A stretch of DNA of 64,000 nucleotides. It comes from a virus. A program made the position numbers and the translations under genes. Positions 15,789 to 25,866 of the stretch are shown here, piece after piece. The stretch covers positions 1 to 64,000 of the IMG/VR virus record IMGVR_UViG_3300023181_000003, one strand, 5' to 3'. The notes under the pieces were generated by a model, which was not told where the DNA came from, made no database searches, and worked only from the letters and a program-made list of their open reading frames with translations. Position 1 is the first letter of the stretch; each line of letters opens with the position of its first letter.

Positions 15789-16277
15789 ATGGCTTCTATT
15801 CCACTATTTCTATTAACTCAGCACAAAACTGTAAACTGTTCTAGAAGACTCCCAGGTGGATACATGGATGGTCATTGGGTTGATGGTGGTGAGGACTTAT
15901 TTCAAATTGAAGCTAATGTACAACCATTCAACTACAAAGATGAATTACAGCTTAAGGAGTCCGAACGTTCTAGGCAATGGCTGAAAATTTACACAGCCTC
16001 ACAGCTTAGAGGCTTGGAACAAGGTGACTCAGGATACAGAGGTGACACTGTTATTTGGGAAGGTTATAAGTACCAAGTAATGAGAGTGCATAATTATTCT
16101 ATGTCTGTGTTGGACCACTATAAAGCTTTATGTGCCCGGATTGAGACAACACTAGAAGATAGTTACCCTTCTGATATTTTACCCGGTGGTACGCCAGCTA
16201 GGGAATTTATTGAAGGTGAGCCTATATTAGAAGAGGTTATTAACGTAACAATGCCCTCTAGAGGATATCCTGTTTAA
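15789..16277 (+). CDS. head closure / head-tail joining candidate
   Basis: ORF track, 162 aa; position only. Confidence 0.55.
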   Translation: MASIPLFLLTQHKTVNCSRRLPGGYMDGHWVDGGEDLFQIEANVQPFNYKDELQLKESERSRQWLKIYTASQLRGLEQGDSGYRGDTVIWEGYKYQVMRVHNYSMSVLDHYKALCARIETTLEDSYPSDILPGGTPAREFIEGEPILEEVINVTMPSRGYPV

Positions 16278-16786
16278 TGGCTACAACTATTAAAGTGTCT
16301 GTTAAATCAAATACGAAAGTATGGGAACAGATCAAGAAGAGGATGTTACGTAACACAGGCTCTGTAGATGTGGGCTGGTTCCAAGAAGCACGTTACGACA
16401 ATGGTACACCTGTTGCTTGGATTGCTCTACTCAATGAGTATGGGTACATCACAAGCGGACGCTACAAAGGGTATCACCCGCCAAGACCATTCTTTAGAAC
16501 GTTTTGGGAAGCTTATTCTACTACAGAAATAGCTACAAAACTCCACATTATTCCTATGGTTCAACAAGTTGCTTTAGGGAGAATGACATGGAACTCTTTA
16601 TATAAAAAGATGGGTGATGAACTTGTCAAGTTAGTTAAAGAAAGAATAGTTACTTATAAAACTCCTGCCAACAGTCCTTTGACAATATCTCTTAAAGGGT
16701 TTAATGATCCATTGATTGAGACAAAGACAATGCTTAATACAATTCGTTATAGGATATCTCGTTCTAAAAGAACAACAGGAATTTAA
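16277..16786 (+). CDS. HK97 gp10-like tail-completion/neck candidate
   Basis: 169 aa; ..AWIALLNEYG.. resembles the NEFG region of the HK97 gp10 family (recollection); position agrees. Confidence 0.55.
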   Translation: MATTIKVSVKSNTKVWEQIKKRMLRNTGSVDVGWFQEARYDNGTPVAWIALLNEYGYITSGRYKGYHPPRPFFRTFWEAYSTTEIATKLHIIPMVQQVALGRMTWNSLYKKMGDELVKLVKERIVTYKTPANSPLTISLKGFNDPLIETKTMLNTIRYRISRSKRTTGI

Positions 16787-17317
16787 ATGAGTATCTATAA
16801 AGATTTACAAGATAATATTTACAATGCTTCAAGAGCCTTTCTAAATAAGATGGGCTTCACAACTAATCAACTTATTTGGCAATATGGTAATGGACCAGAG
16901 CCTAAGAAAGATTATTGTGCAATGTACATTATTGATATTCGCCAGATTGGTAAGGCTAATGAATCAACTTTAACTAGCGAAGTGGTTGAGGGCGTAGAAG
17001 AGAATCAACAGATTCATTATACAACAACACATGAACTTATTGTTCAATATACATTTGTTGGTGAATCATCTCCTATCATGGCTGCACAATGGCAGCACGA
17101 ATTTAAAAACAATAGAGTTGTAATTGATCAATTCTATGAAAATAATCTAGCTGTAGTTGGAATGACTTCAGTAAAACCCATCTCTATTAAACGAGACACT
17201 GTATGGGTGGATAACACAACAATTGACGTGAGGTATCGTTATTCATGCACGAGTAGCCAAGAAGTTAATTGGGTTGAGTACATCGTCCTTAATGATGTTC
17301 AATATGGACCATTGTAA
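16787..17317 (+). CDS. tail terminator/completion candidate
   Basis: ORF track, 176 aa; immediately upstream of the sheath gene. Confidence 0.55.
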   Translation: MSIYKDLQDNIYNASRAFLNKMGFTTNQLIWQYGNGPEPKKDYCAMYIIDIRQIGKANESTLTSEVVEGVEENQQIHYTTTHELIVQYTFVGESSPIMAAQWQHEFKNNRVVIDQFYENNLAVVGMTSVKPISIKRDTVWVDNTTIDVRYRYSCTSSQEVNWVEYIVLNDVQYGPL

Positions 17318-17361
17318 AATGTGTCTAATTTCCTATTTCAAATTAAAATAAAGGACTATTA

Positions 17362-18396
17362 ATGTCTAAGGTAAATAGAATTGTCGATGTACAAATCTCA
17401 CGTGAAACCACACAGATTAACACGGCAAGTTTCAGTATTCCACTCATTCTTGTAACAGCTGCTGTAGATGCTGATGTTACTGACCGTGTTCTAACATTCA
17501 CTGACCTAGATTCAGTAGGTGAAGAGTTTGGTACTTCTTCAAGTGCTTATATCATCGCTGGTAAACTGTTCGGTCAAACACTTAAACCAACAGAAATTAA
17601 AGTTGGTATTCGTCTATCAACAGAAACACTAGTTGCTGCTTTAGCTACAATTCGTGGTGTTGATGACACATGGTATGCACTAGTTTCAGAATCACATACT
17701 GCTGCTGACGTACTAGCTCTTGCTGCTTATATCCAAGCAAACTACAAGATTTATGGTACATCAACTAATGATGTAGTAACTCCAACTTCAGGGACTACAG
17801 ACATTGGTAGTCAACTAGAGGCTCTAAGTTATGATCGTACATTCGTAGTTTATTCAGCCACAGCGAATGCTGATTATCCTGAAGCTGCTTGGATTGGTAG
17901 TCAACTAGCAGAAGTGCCAGGATCAAACACATGGGCATTTAAACAGGCTGCTGGTGTTACTCAAGGTAATCTAACAAGTGGACAAATCACTTTCCTAGAA
18001 GGTAAGAATGTAAACTACTTCACTGATATCGGTGGTGTAAACATCTTCATGACTGGCGCTATGGCTAACGGTACATGGATTGATGAAATGGTTTTCGTTG
18101 ATTGGCTACGTGCTCGAATTCAAGAAGGAATCTTTTTCCGTCTTATCAATAAAAAGAAAATTCCTTTCACCAAGAAAGGCTTCGCTATCATTGAGAATGA
18201 GATTCGTAGTGTACTAACCCTTGGTGTTACCAATGGGGGTATTGCTGATGACACTCCATTCACTGTTGTTGTTCCTAATCCACTAGATATTCCGGAAACT
18301 CAACGTGCTCAACGTATTGCAGGTAATTTCACATTCACTGCTCGTCTAGCTGGCGCTGTTCACAAGGTAATTGTACGTGGTACTGTTACAGTTTAA
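17362..18396 (+). CDS. tail sheath protein (short type)
   Basis: 344 aa; first large gene of the tail module, directly upstream of the tube paralogs, chaperones and tape measure. Confidence 0.65.
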   Translation: MSKVNRIVDVQISRETTQINTASFSIPLILVTAAVDADVTDRVLTFTDLDSVGEEFGTSSSAYIIAGKLFGQTLKPTEIKVGIRLSTETLVAALATIRGVDDTWYALVSESHTAADVLALAAYIQANYKIYGTSTNDVVTPTSGTTDIGSQLEALSYDRTFVVYSATANADYPEAAWIGSQLAEVPGSNTWAFKQAAGVTQGNLTSGQITFLEGKNVNYFTDIGGVNIFMTGAMANGTWIDEMVFVDWLRARIQEGIFFRLINKKKIPFTKKGFAIIENEIRSVLTLGVTNGGIADDTPFTVVVPNPLDIPETQRAQRIAGNFTFTARLAGAVHKVIVRGTVTV

Positions 18397-18414
18397 TATT
18401 AAGAAAGAATAATA

Positions 18415-18948
18415 ATGGCAACAGGCGCTCTATTAGGTAGCTACTCTCCTGAAGATGTAATCGTAACGATTACGACAGAAGCAGGAGTTACGCACCAAGT
18501 TTCAGGAATGATGGAAGGTACTTTCATTACAATTAACCGTAATGTTCCTTTCGCAACTCTATATACAGGTTCAGATAATACTTCTGCCCGTGTAGTTCGT
18601 AAAAACAAATCAGCTAACATTACACTAAGTCTACACCAAACAGGTGAGAGTAATGATGTATTCACAGCCTTAATGGATATCGATGCTCAAGACCCTGCCT
18701 CTGGCAATGGTATCTTTGCAATCTTTATCAAAGACTTGAACGGACGTTCTTTATATCACGCCAATCAAGCGTTTATTGGAACACAACCAGATTCTACATT
18801 CGGTGCTGAGATTCTACAACGCGATTGGGTAATCCACGCGATTGGTCTAGAACAGTTCATCGGTGGTAATGCAAAAATTACTCCTGATACAGTGGTTGAT
18901 CTTCAAGCTCTAGGTATTGAAGTCGAATCACGCTGGACTACTACTTAA
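18415..18948 (+). CDS. tail tube protein (paralog 1)
   Basis: 177 aa; SPEDVIVTI...GTFITINRNVP...ANITLSLHQTGESNDVFTALMDID aligns with the next two ORFs. Confidence 0.65.
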   Translation: MATGALLGSYSPEDVIVTITTEAGVTHQVSGMMEGTFITINRNVPFATLYTGSDNTSARVVRKNKSANITLSLHQTGESNDVFTALMDIDAQDPASGNGIFAIFIKDLNGRSLYHANQAFIGTQPDSTFGAEILQRDWVIHAIGLEQFIGGNAKITPDTVVDLQALGIEVESRWTTT

Positions 18949-18967
18949 TTCTTAAAGGGGAATAGAT

Positions 18968-19480
18968 ATGGCAACTCTGCACACTTTTTCCCCTGAAGAG
19001 GTTTTAGTGCTACTAGCTGGAGTTATTCCAGTGGACGGTTATGTAAATGGTACTTTCATTTCTATTAAAAAGAATGTTCAACCTTTTGTAAGTAGAACAT
19101 CTTCAGATGGTGTTGTTAGTCGTTTGTATAACAATAATCAAAATTATACAGTTGATCTTACATTAGCTAGTTATTCTACTAGTAATGATATTTTAACTAA
19201 ACTTTGGTTGGCAGATGAAATTACTCAGCGGGCTAAATTTCCTATTCTGATTAAAGACTTATCAGGTTCTACATTATTTGCAGCTACAACTTGCTGGATT
19301 GATGGTATCCCTGATGTGACTTTATCAAATGAAATTACATCCCGTACATGGTCAATCTTCTGCACACAAGCTACGTATAACATTGGTGGAAATGATGATG
19401 CCTCTTCATTGATTGAAGATTTAGCTAATGCAGCTATTGGCTCTATCCCAGGATTACAAAGGACTATTAGTAATGGATAA
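18968..19480 (+). CDS. tail tube-like protein (paralog 2)
   Basis: 170 aa; SPEEVLVLL...GTFISIKKNV...YTVDLTLASYSTSNDILTKLWLAD. Confidence 0.6.
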   Translation: MATLHTFSPEEVLVLLAGVIPVDGYVNGTFISIKKNVQPFVSRTSSDGVVSRLYNNNQNYTVDLTLASYSTSNDILTKLWLADEITQRAKFPILIKDLSGSTLFAATTCWIDGIPDVTLSNEITSRTWSIFCTQATYNIGGNDDASSLIEDLANAAIGSIPGLQRTISNG

Positions 19481-19940
19481 CCCTACATTTAGTCCTAGTG
19501 ATGTTATCTTAAGTTTTGGTGGATATAACCTAGACAATTGGGAAAGCATATCTCTTAAAAGAGAAGTAAGCCTTTCTCGCCCTATTCGTGGTATCCGTGG
19601 TAAAAATACACGGGTACTACATCGCAATACAGCCGCAACAATAACTCTTGTTTGTGCTCAAACTTCCCTAGTTCACGATATCTTATCACAGGTGCTTGCT
19701 GCTGATTTGATTTCTGCTGGAGGTGCGAGATTAGAGATTTCCATTCTTGATAGAAATGGTGGATTATCTTTCTCAAGCTCTGAAGCTTATGTTGTTGGTT
19801 ATCCTGAGCAAAAATATAGTAACACAATTGAAGAATATACATGGACTATTTATTGTCAATCATCTGCACAAACAGGTATGACAAGTAAACGACCATCCAC
19901 TTCATTGTTTGATTCTGCTCTAAATTATTTAATAAATTAA
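19473..19940 (+). CDS. tail tube-like protein (paralog 3)
   Basis: Start moved to the ATG at 19473 (ATGGATAA overlaps the upstream stop). MDNPTFSPSDVILSF...ATITLVCAQTSLVHDILSQVLAAD. Confidence 0.6.
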   Translation: MDNPTFSPSDVILSFGGYNLDNWESISLKREVSLSRPIRGIRGKNTRVLHRNTAATITLVCAQTSLVHDILSQVLAADLISAGGARLEISILDRNGGLSFSSSEAYVVGYPEQKYSNTIEEYTWTIYCQSSAQTGMTSKRPSTSLFDSALNYLIN

Positions 19941-19958
19941 AATTTCCGAGGATTTATA

Positions 19959-20282
19959 ATGGCTACAAAAGTTTACCTACCTGAACAAGAGACTTTCGAG
20001 ATTGAAGGAAAGAAGTTCACTGTAACAGCTTATCCTACAATGTTTGGACTAAGCATTCAAGAACGTATCATGGATGGTCTTACTCCAGAATTGATGAAAG
20101 ATATTATCGTTAAAAGCACCTCTGTTGACAGTGTGGCTATTGATGATAAGAAATTTGATCAAGTGTTTTCTAGAAAATATAAGATGCTCATGGAAGTTGT
20201 TCAGAAGATTCTAGAATTTAACTTTGGTAAAGAAGAGGCCGAAGACTCCCCAAACGAACAAAGCGATACGTCAGAAAGCTAA
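19959..20282 (+). CDS. tail assembly chaperone (G-like)
   Basis: 107 aa, acidic C-terminus, immediately upstream of the tape measure; carries slippery C CCA AAC at 20250-20256. Confidence 0.65.
   Translation: MATKVYLPEQETFEIEGKKFTVTAYPTMFGLSIQERIMDGLTPELMKDIIVKSTSVDSVAIDDKKFDQVFSRKYKMLMEVVQKILEFNFGKEEAEDSPNEQSDTSES
20250..20256 (+). promoter_or_regulatory. -1 programmed ribosomal frameshift slippery heptamer C CCA AAC
   Basis: X XXY YYZ in the zero frame (tcC CCA AAC). The -1 frame is open from here and runs into ORF 20315..20557. Confidence 0.5.
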
Positions 20283-20314
20283 GCCCTGAGACGGAATCGC
20301 AATACTCTCCTGAA

Positions 20315-20557
20315 ATGAAAAAACTAATTGAGAACTTTTCAGGAGATTATAGGGTGTTAAGGGTTTGCTTTGCAACAAGTGATCCTTTGAAGACATTAGA
20401 TGATTTACATCACACTTACTCGTATAAAAGGTTTATTCAGTTTCTTGAGTATGCTGATGCCAAAGCAACTATAGATGAGGATGCAGCCTCCAAGACTCGC
20501 AGAAAAGCTGAACAAGCACAGGCTGAAGCACAGAAGAAACAAAATAAAGGTGTGTAA
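20315..20557 (+). CDS. frameshift extension of tail assembly chaperone (T-like part; fusion 19959..20256/20256..20557)
   Basis: In the -1 frame relative to 19959..20282; no stop between the heptamer and this ORF; no convincing own SD. Confidence 0.55.
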   Translation: MKKLIENFSGDYRVLRVCFATSDPLKTLDDLHHTYSYKRFIQFLEYADAKATIDEDAASKTRRKAEQAQAEAQKKQNKGV

Positions 20558-20577
20558 CACCAAAGGAGTCAATATAG

Positions 20578-22572
20578 ATGACAATGGTTAGTTCATACTT
20601 CGCCAAAGTCGGTGTAGATGTTAATAAGGCTGACTTTGCAAGGGTTGATAAATATTTTGATTCTTTACAACGTAGATTATTAAAGTTTCAAACAGCTACA
20701 GGCAAGTTAACAATAGACATAAAGCCTAGCGTAAATGTTGTAGCAGCAGCTTTAACTATTCAGCGTCAAATAACTCTAGCCACACGGAATGTTGTTGTCC
20801 CTCTTAGAAGGTTTCAAATTGATTCTAGAGCATTAGCTGCACAAATTAGTAATAGTTTGGCAACCAGAGGTGGTACTTCTAGAATTAGATTAAATGCCAC
20901 ATTGTCTCAGCAATCTTTACAGATGATGAGGCAACAAGTGCAGAATGCTCTGAATGGAATGATCATAAGCCCTCGTGTAAGACCCGTTGTAGCCCCTGTA
21001 AGGGGTCAAGGAGCGGCTCCAGCAGCGAGGCAAGGGGTAGGTAGCAGGGCTAGTGGAAACTCTCGCTCAGGCTCTGCATTATATGATGCTCAACATGGTA
21101 CATTAGCAAGACTCTCTAGATTTGGTCTAGGGGCTCTACCTTTTGTAGCTGGTGCTTATGGACTGTCAGCTTTAAATACTGCTACGCAGCAAGTTACATT
21201 GTCTGATATGGCTTCAAGAGGTATTTTCTCTGAAGCTACAATGCCCGATGGTAGAACTAGAAATGTTTACAATAATTCAAATAATTGGATTCGTAATCAT
21301 GCTGATAGGACAGGTATTAACCTGCAAGATGCTTTGCCATCTTATCAGGGGTTCATGGCAGCTTCTATGCCAACTATGGGGTATGAGCCTTCTCAACAAG
21401 TGTTTCAAGCATTCTCTCAATTTGGTACTGTACGTGGTGCTAGTAAAGAGTCAATGCAAAGAGCATTAGTTTCAATTCAACAAATGGCTGGTAAAGGCCA
21501 GATCATGAGTGAAGAGTTGAAGGGTCAATTAGCTGAAGCTCAAGGCTTCGGAGAATTACCGCAAATTTTTGCTGCTGCTTATCAAAAGCAAACAGGTGGT
21601 AAATTAGTTGGTGCTGAAGCTTATGCGGCTTTACTAAAAGCTATGGAAGGTGGTAAGGTTAAATCTTCTACCATTCTACCAATGGTAGCACAAACTTTGA
21701 TGGAGAAATCAAGCCCTTATATTGAAGCCGCATCAAGGACTTCTTCAGCAGAACAAAATAGAGCAGATAATGCCAGATTTGCATTCACTGAAAAGTTTGC
21801 TAAGGGTGGTGGAGACTCTGGATGGGCAACCATTTGGAGGACTGTTGCCTCAATGACAGAACGTGCTTCTGCTAATGCTGACGATTTTGGTAGATATTTT
21901 GAAATAGCTTCATTATATGCTAGTAACACTCTGCTAACCCTAGAGCAAATGGGAAGTTGGATAACTGGAAATGCTGTTGGAGATAACATATTCCTAACAA
22001 TGTTTGGTCCTGAAACTAATAAGAACATTCAAGATATTATTAAAGGTGTTACAGACTTCACAATGGCATTAACAAATATGTCAATGGGTGATGCTACATT
22101 AGCTTCTACAAAAGCACAACTAGAAGATATCACAAATATTATTAAAGTTGCTGTTCTTACAGCTACACAATTGGCTCAATTACTCTCTGGTGAGTGGAAA
22201 CTTGCAATAGCTACAGGTATTGAACGTAACAAAGCCGCTGGTGCTGTCTTAGGCTTCAAGTCTTCGCCTGAAATGGTTGGACCTCCTGATGTTAGTGGAA
22301 TGTCTGCAAATAATCCATTGCCTTTGGCTGATTATAGAAATACAACTGGAGCAGCACCTACACCGTATGCAAATACCCCTGCTTCTGCTGTAGCAAACAC
22401 AACAAACACTAATAATCAAAACATTAGCGTAGTTATTCAAAACCCTACAATCAATGCTCGTCCTGATCAAACAGTGTCACAAGCAATGGCTGAACTTGTT
22501 GGACCTTCTATTCAAGTTTATACATCTGATTTAAGAGGTGCAATGGCTCGTGCTCCTAATGGCCCACAATAA
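20578..22572 (+). CDS. tape measure protein
   Basis: 664 aa, Ala/Gly/Ser/Gln-rich; directly after the chaperone pair. Confidence 0.8.
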   Translation: MTMVSSYFAKVGVDVNKADFARVDKYFDSLQRRLLKFQTATGKLTIDIKPSVNVVAAALTIQRQITLATRNVVVPLRRFQIDSRALAAQISNSLATRGGTSRIRLNATLSQQSLQMMRQQVQNALNGMIISPRVRPVVAPVRGQGAAPAARQGVGSRASGNSRSGSALYDAQHGTLARLSRFGLGALPFVAGAYGLSALNTATQQVTLSDMASRGIFSEATMPDGRTRNVYNNSNNWIRNHADRTGINLQDALPSYQGFMAASMPTMGYEPSQQVFQAFSQFGTVRGASKESMQRALVSIQQMAGKGQIMSEELKGQLAEAQGFGELPQIFAAAYQKQTGGKLVGAEAYAALLKAMEGGKVKSSTILPMVAQTLMEKSSPYIEAASRTSSAEQNRADNARFAFTEKFAKGGGDSGWATIWRTVASMTERASANADDFGRYFEIASLYASNTLLTLEQMGSWITGNAVGDNIFLTMFGPETNKNIQDIIKGVTDFTMALTNMSMGDATLASTKAQLEDITNIIKVAVLTATQLAQLLSGEWKLAIATGIERNKAAGAVLGFKSSPEMVGPPDVSGMSANNPLPLADYRNTTGAAPTPYANTPASAVANTTNTNNQNISVVIQNPTINARPDQTVSQAMAELVGPSIQVYTSDLRGAMARAPNGPQ

Positions 22573-22581
22573 AAGGATGAA

Positions 22582-23415
22582 ATGTCATTAGCTATTAAAT
22601 TCGGAAATACTTCTGACACATCATCCCTTTCAGGGTTTATTTATTTTGATGCTGTTACAGATTATTCAAAGACCCTCACTGGTAAAACTACAAGCCATCC
22701 TATTGATGCTGGAGCATTAATTACAGATCATTTTGTTTCTGACAATAGGAAATTCTCTATCAAGGGTGTTATCTCTGGTGCTGATATATCTGGAGTAAGT
22801 TTATCAGTGAATATTGATGGACAAACACCTCTGAATGGTAACTCTCAGCCTAGTGCTGTTACAGTGTCAGATCAAGGCTCAGACCTACTAAGTTTTCTTC
22901 CTGCGTCTATCACTCAATTCTTAGGTGTAACAACACCAACAGTTATTGCTGATGAATCTGCTAGAACAGATTATAAAGCACAAGTTTGGAATATTCTAGA
23001 TTCTCTTATGACTGCATTGGTTTATGACCAAACAGCTAAAAGACTTAAGAATCAAATGAGTGTTATCACTCTTTATGAATTAACTGGTGATAAGCTTGAG
23101 AAACAATATGAAAACTTAGTAATCACTAACTTTCAAGTTGATGAAGATGCTGACACTGGTGATGGAATGTTTTTCACAATGGCTCTTGAATCTGTTAATT
23201 TTGTAACCCTAGAAAAAGTAGAACTACCTAAAGATGTTTCTGCTGCTCTAAAGAAATCTACAGCAACTACAGCTAAGAAGTCAAAAGTAAGTGGCGATAA
23301 AGAATTAGTAGGGCCACCAACACCTGATGCACCTAAGATTCTTAAGACACCAACACAACAAATCTCTGATAACAACGCTAGGCTAGAACAATTAAAGAAG
23401 GTTACATCTAAATGA
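22582..23415 (+). CDS. tail/baseplate protein (distal tail candidate)
   Basis: ORF track, 277 aa; position after the tape measure. Confidence 0.55.
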   Translation: MSLAIKFGNTSDTSSLSGFIYFDAVTDYSKTLTGKTTSHPIDAGALITDHFVSDNRKFSIKGVISGADISGVSLSVNIDGQTPLNGNSQPSAVTVSDQGSDLLSFLPASITQFLGVTTPTVIADESARTDYKAQVWNILDSLMTALVYDQTAKRLKNQMSVITLYELTGDKLEKQYENLVITNFQVDEDADTGDGMFFTMALESVNFVTLEKVELPKDVSAALKKSTATTAKKSKVSGDKELVGPPTPDAPKILKTPTQQISDNNARLEQLKKVTSK

Positions 23416-23750
23416 CATTTCAATATGTACCTCTTCCTCTTTATGAGGACAGTGATTATGAATATGAAGTGCCATTGGAAGGCAACTACTACACTTTAAG
23501 GCTCTATTATAATGAACGTGCTGAGGCATGGTTTTCTGAATTAAGAGATGGTGAAGGTGCTATGTTAGTTGCTGGTGAAAGAGTTGTCCCTTATTACCCG
23601 ATGTTCTTATCTTATTCTTTAGAAAATCTCTCTGGAATGTTTTGGCTAGAATATATTGGCTATGACATGAATGAGACATTATCCAATCCATTTGAATTAT
23701 CAAAATACAATAAACTCTATTACATCTATGATGATGGAGAACCAGAATAG
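23412..23750 (+). CDS. tail/baseplate protein
   Basis: ORF track, 112 aa; 4-nt overlap with the upstream gene. Confidence 0.55.
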   Translation: MTFQYVPLPLYEDSDYEYEVPLEGNYYTLRLYYNERAEAWFSELRDGEGAMLVAGERVVPYYPMFLSYSLENLSGMFWLEYIGYDMNETLSNPFELSKYNKLYYIYDDGEPE

Positions 23751-23758
23751 GAAATTAG

Positions 23759-24685
23759 ATGGCTGTTATTTATCAGAGAAATAGACAATATTCTTTAGTG
23801 GTAGGGACAGCTTCTAATGCTTTTGAAGTTACCAATCTTCAAATTACTTTCAGAGCCAATAAAACTAGCAGTAACAAAGATAAGAAAAATAAAGCTCATA
23901 TTGAGATTTATAATTTATCAAAAGACCATCAAGCTCTACTAGAGCAACCATATGTAGCTGTTGTTCTAAGTGTAGGGTATGAAGATACAGGCTTAAAGAG
24001 ATTGTTTGCAGGTCAAGCATTCTCTGTTGGTACAAAGAAACAAGGTCCAGATACAATCACAGAAATTGATATTGAAGCCTATTTTACAGAGCTAAACTTT
24101 AAAACTGTTTCTAAACTAGTGCCAGCAGGTAAAACTGTTAGACAAGTTATTCAAGAACTAATTAAAGAAATTCCTGAAGTATCTAAGAGTATTTTCAACG
24201 GAGAAAACATCAAGAAAACTGTCGTAGATGGTTATCCAATGTCAGGCAATCCTAGACGAATTCTAGATGATATAAGCAGAGCTTATAAGATTGATTGGCA
24301 AATTGATGACGGAGTTTTATTCATTAGCGATGAAGGGGATGCTTACACTAATGATAAGAATACAGCTTTTCTAATTCACGAAAGATCAGGCTTGATTGAA
24401 CGTCCATATTATGAGACTAAGAACATCAAAGACCCATCAGGTAGGAAAGTAGAAACTGTAGGTAAAGATGGTAAGTCACATAAAAAGATCAAGAAAGTTC
24501 CTAAGAAAAGTATTCGATTAAAGATTCTTATGAACCCTGCTATTTATGCAGGAAGTATTATTAGGATTGAATATGGAGATTTTACAGGCTTCTATAAAGT
24601 TGACGAGGTTCAACATGAAGGTGACTTCAGAGGCGACACTTGGTATTCAGAAATTAAATGTAGTGAGAGAGTTTTAGACAAATGA
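23759..24685 (+). CDS. baseplate hub candidate
   Basis: ORF track, 308 aa; position. Confidence 0.55.
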   Translation: MAVIYQRNRQYSLVVGTASNAFEVTNLQITFRANKTSSNKDKKNKAHIEIYNLSKDHQALLEQPYVAVVLSVGYEDTGLKRLFAGQAFSVGTKKQGPDTITEIDIEAYFTELNFKTVSKLVPAGKTVRQVIQELIKEIPEVSKSIFNGENIKKTVVDGYPMSGNPRRILDDISRAYKIDWQIDDGVLFISDEGDAYTNDKNTAFLIHERSGLIERPYYETKNIKDPSGRKVETVGKDGKSHKKIKKVPKKSIRLKILMNPAIYAGSIIRIEYGDFTGFYKVDEVQHEGDFRGDTWYSEIKCSERVLDK

Positions 24686-25479
24686 GAGAACCAAGTTTAG
24701 AAGAAGTCTTAGAGTCTAATTTCTCCTATATGATGGCTGGTGTTCACACAGCTATTCCGGGGATAGTTGTTGCGATTAGGGATAATCTTACAACATCGTT
24801 TGTAGATGTTCAACCCACAGTTAATATGATTTCAGAAGAGGACGACAATATTCCTCGGCCTGTAATCTTAAATATTCCTCTTATATTTCCCGTCTCTAAA
24901 ACAGGGGGCATCACTTTTGATGTTTCTGTAGGGGATACAGTGCTACTAGTCTACTCTATGCGAGGACTAGACACTTGGAAGCGGGGCGTTGGAACACCTG
25001 TTGCTCCTACAGACTTTCGTAAGATGGACCAAAGAGATGCTATTGCTATTCCTGGCCTACAAACAATTAGTACATCGGTTAACAATCCCTCTAAGAGAAC
25101 AAATGTTCATGATACAAAAGACACAACTATCGTAGCGGGTATTGGTACAGGTTCAGAAGTAGAGGTTAGACTAAAACCTAGTGGGCAGGTTATTATAAAC
25201 GCCCCCTCATCCGCGACTATCAACACGGAGTATGCAGAGATAAATTCCCCTCTTACGAGAATAAATGGTAACGTTGATATAAATGGTACTTTACTTGTTC
25301 GACAACTAATTACCTACTTAAACGGTATTGCTGGTACTCAAGGTGTTAATACAAATACATTGACGGGTGGATTCAATATTAACGGCGGAACTATAACACA
25401 CAATGGTGTGAATATTGGCTCCGATCATACACATGGTAATGTTCAGTCAGGTAGTGATTCATCAGGACCACCACAATGA
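24682..25479 (+). CDS. baseplate central spike (gpV/gp138-like)
   Basis: 265 aa; N-terminal ..VHTAIPGIVVAIRD...VDVQP.. resembles the spike OB-fold N-terminus; C-terminal Gly/Asn/Thr-rich beta-helix-like region ending HTHGNVQSG. Confidence 0.6.
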   Translation: MREPSLEEVLESNFSYMMAGVHTAIPGIVVAIRDNLTTSFVDVQPTVNMISEEDDNIPRPVILNIPLIFPVSKTGGITFDVSVGDTVLLVYSMRGLDTWKRGVGTPVAPTDFRKMDQRDAIAIPGLQTISTSVNNPSKRTNVHDTKDTTIVAGIGTGSEVEVRLKPSGQVIINAPSSATINTEYAEINSPLTRINGNVDINGTLLVRQLITYLNGIAGTQGVNTNTLTGGFNINGGTITHNGVNIGSDHTHGNVQSGSDSSGPPQ

Positions 25480-25498
25480 TTATAGATAGGCTAATTTA

Positions 25499-25858
25499 AT
25501 GGACTTACTACTTAATATAAATGGTGATCGTGATCTAGCATTTGTTAATGGAGAATGCCCAACTACAACAGATTTAGTATCTGTAGTTGCTCAGCGTTTA
25601 TTTATCATGTTAAGAACTATGGCTCCAGAGTGGTTCTTAAACACACAACATGGTGTTCCATATCTCACTAAGATTCTAGGCCAGAAGATTACTAAATCAG
25701 GAGTAGACACAATTCTGCAATCTAAGATTCTTGCTGAGCAAGGAGTTTCACGTATCTCTGAATGGAATTCTTCATTAGATTCTAGATCAAGAGCATATTC
25801 TGTCAGTTTCAAAGTTATTGCAACTGATGGCAATGAAACTACGACAATTACAATTTAA
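25499..25858 (+). CDS. baseplate wedge protein (gpW/gp25-like)
   Basis: 119 aa, directly upstream of the baseplate J-like gene. Confidence 0.55.
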   Translation: MDLLLNINGDRDLAFVNGECPTTTDLVSVVAQRLFIMLRTMAPEWFLNTQHGVPYLTKILGQKITKSGVDTILQSKILAEQGVSRISEWNSSLDSRSRAYSVSFKVIATDGNETTTITI

Positions 25859-25866
25859 AGGTTATC

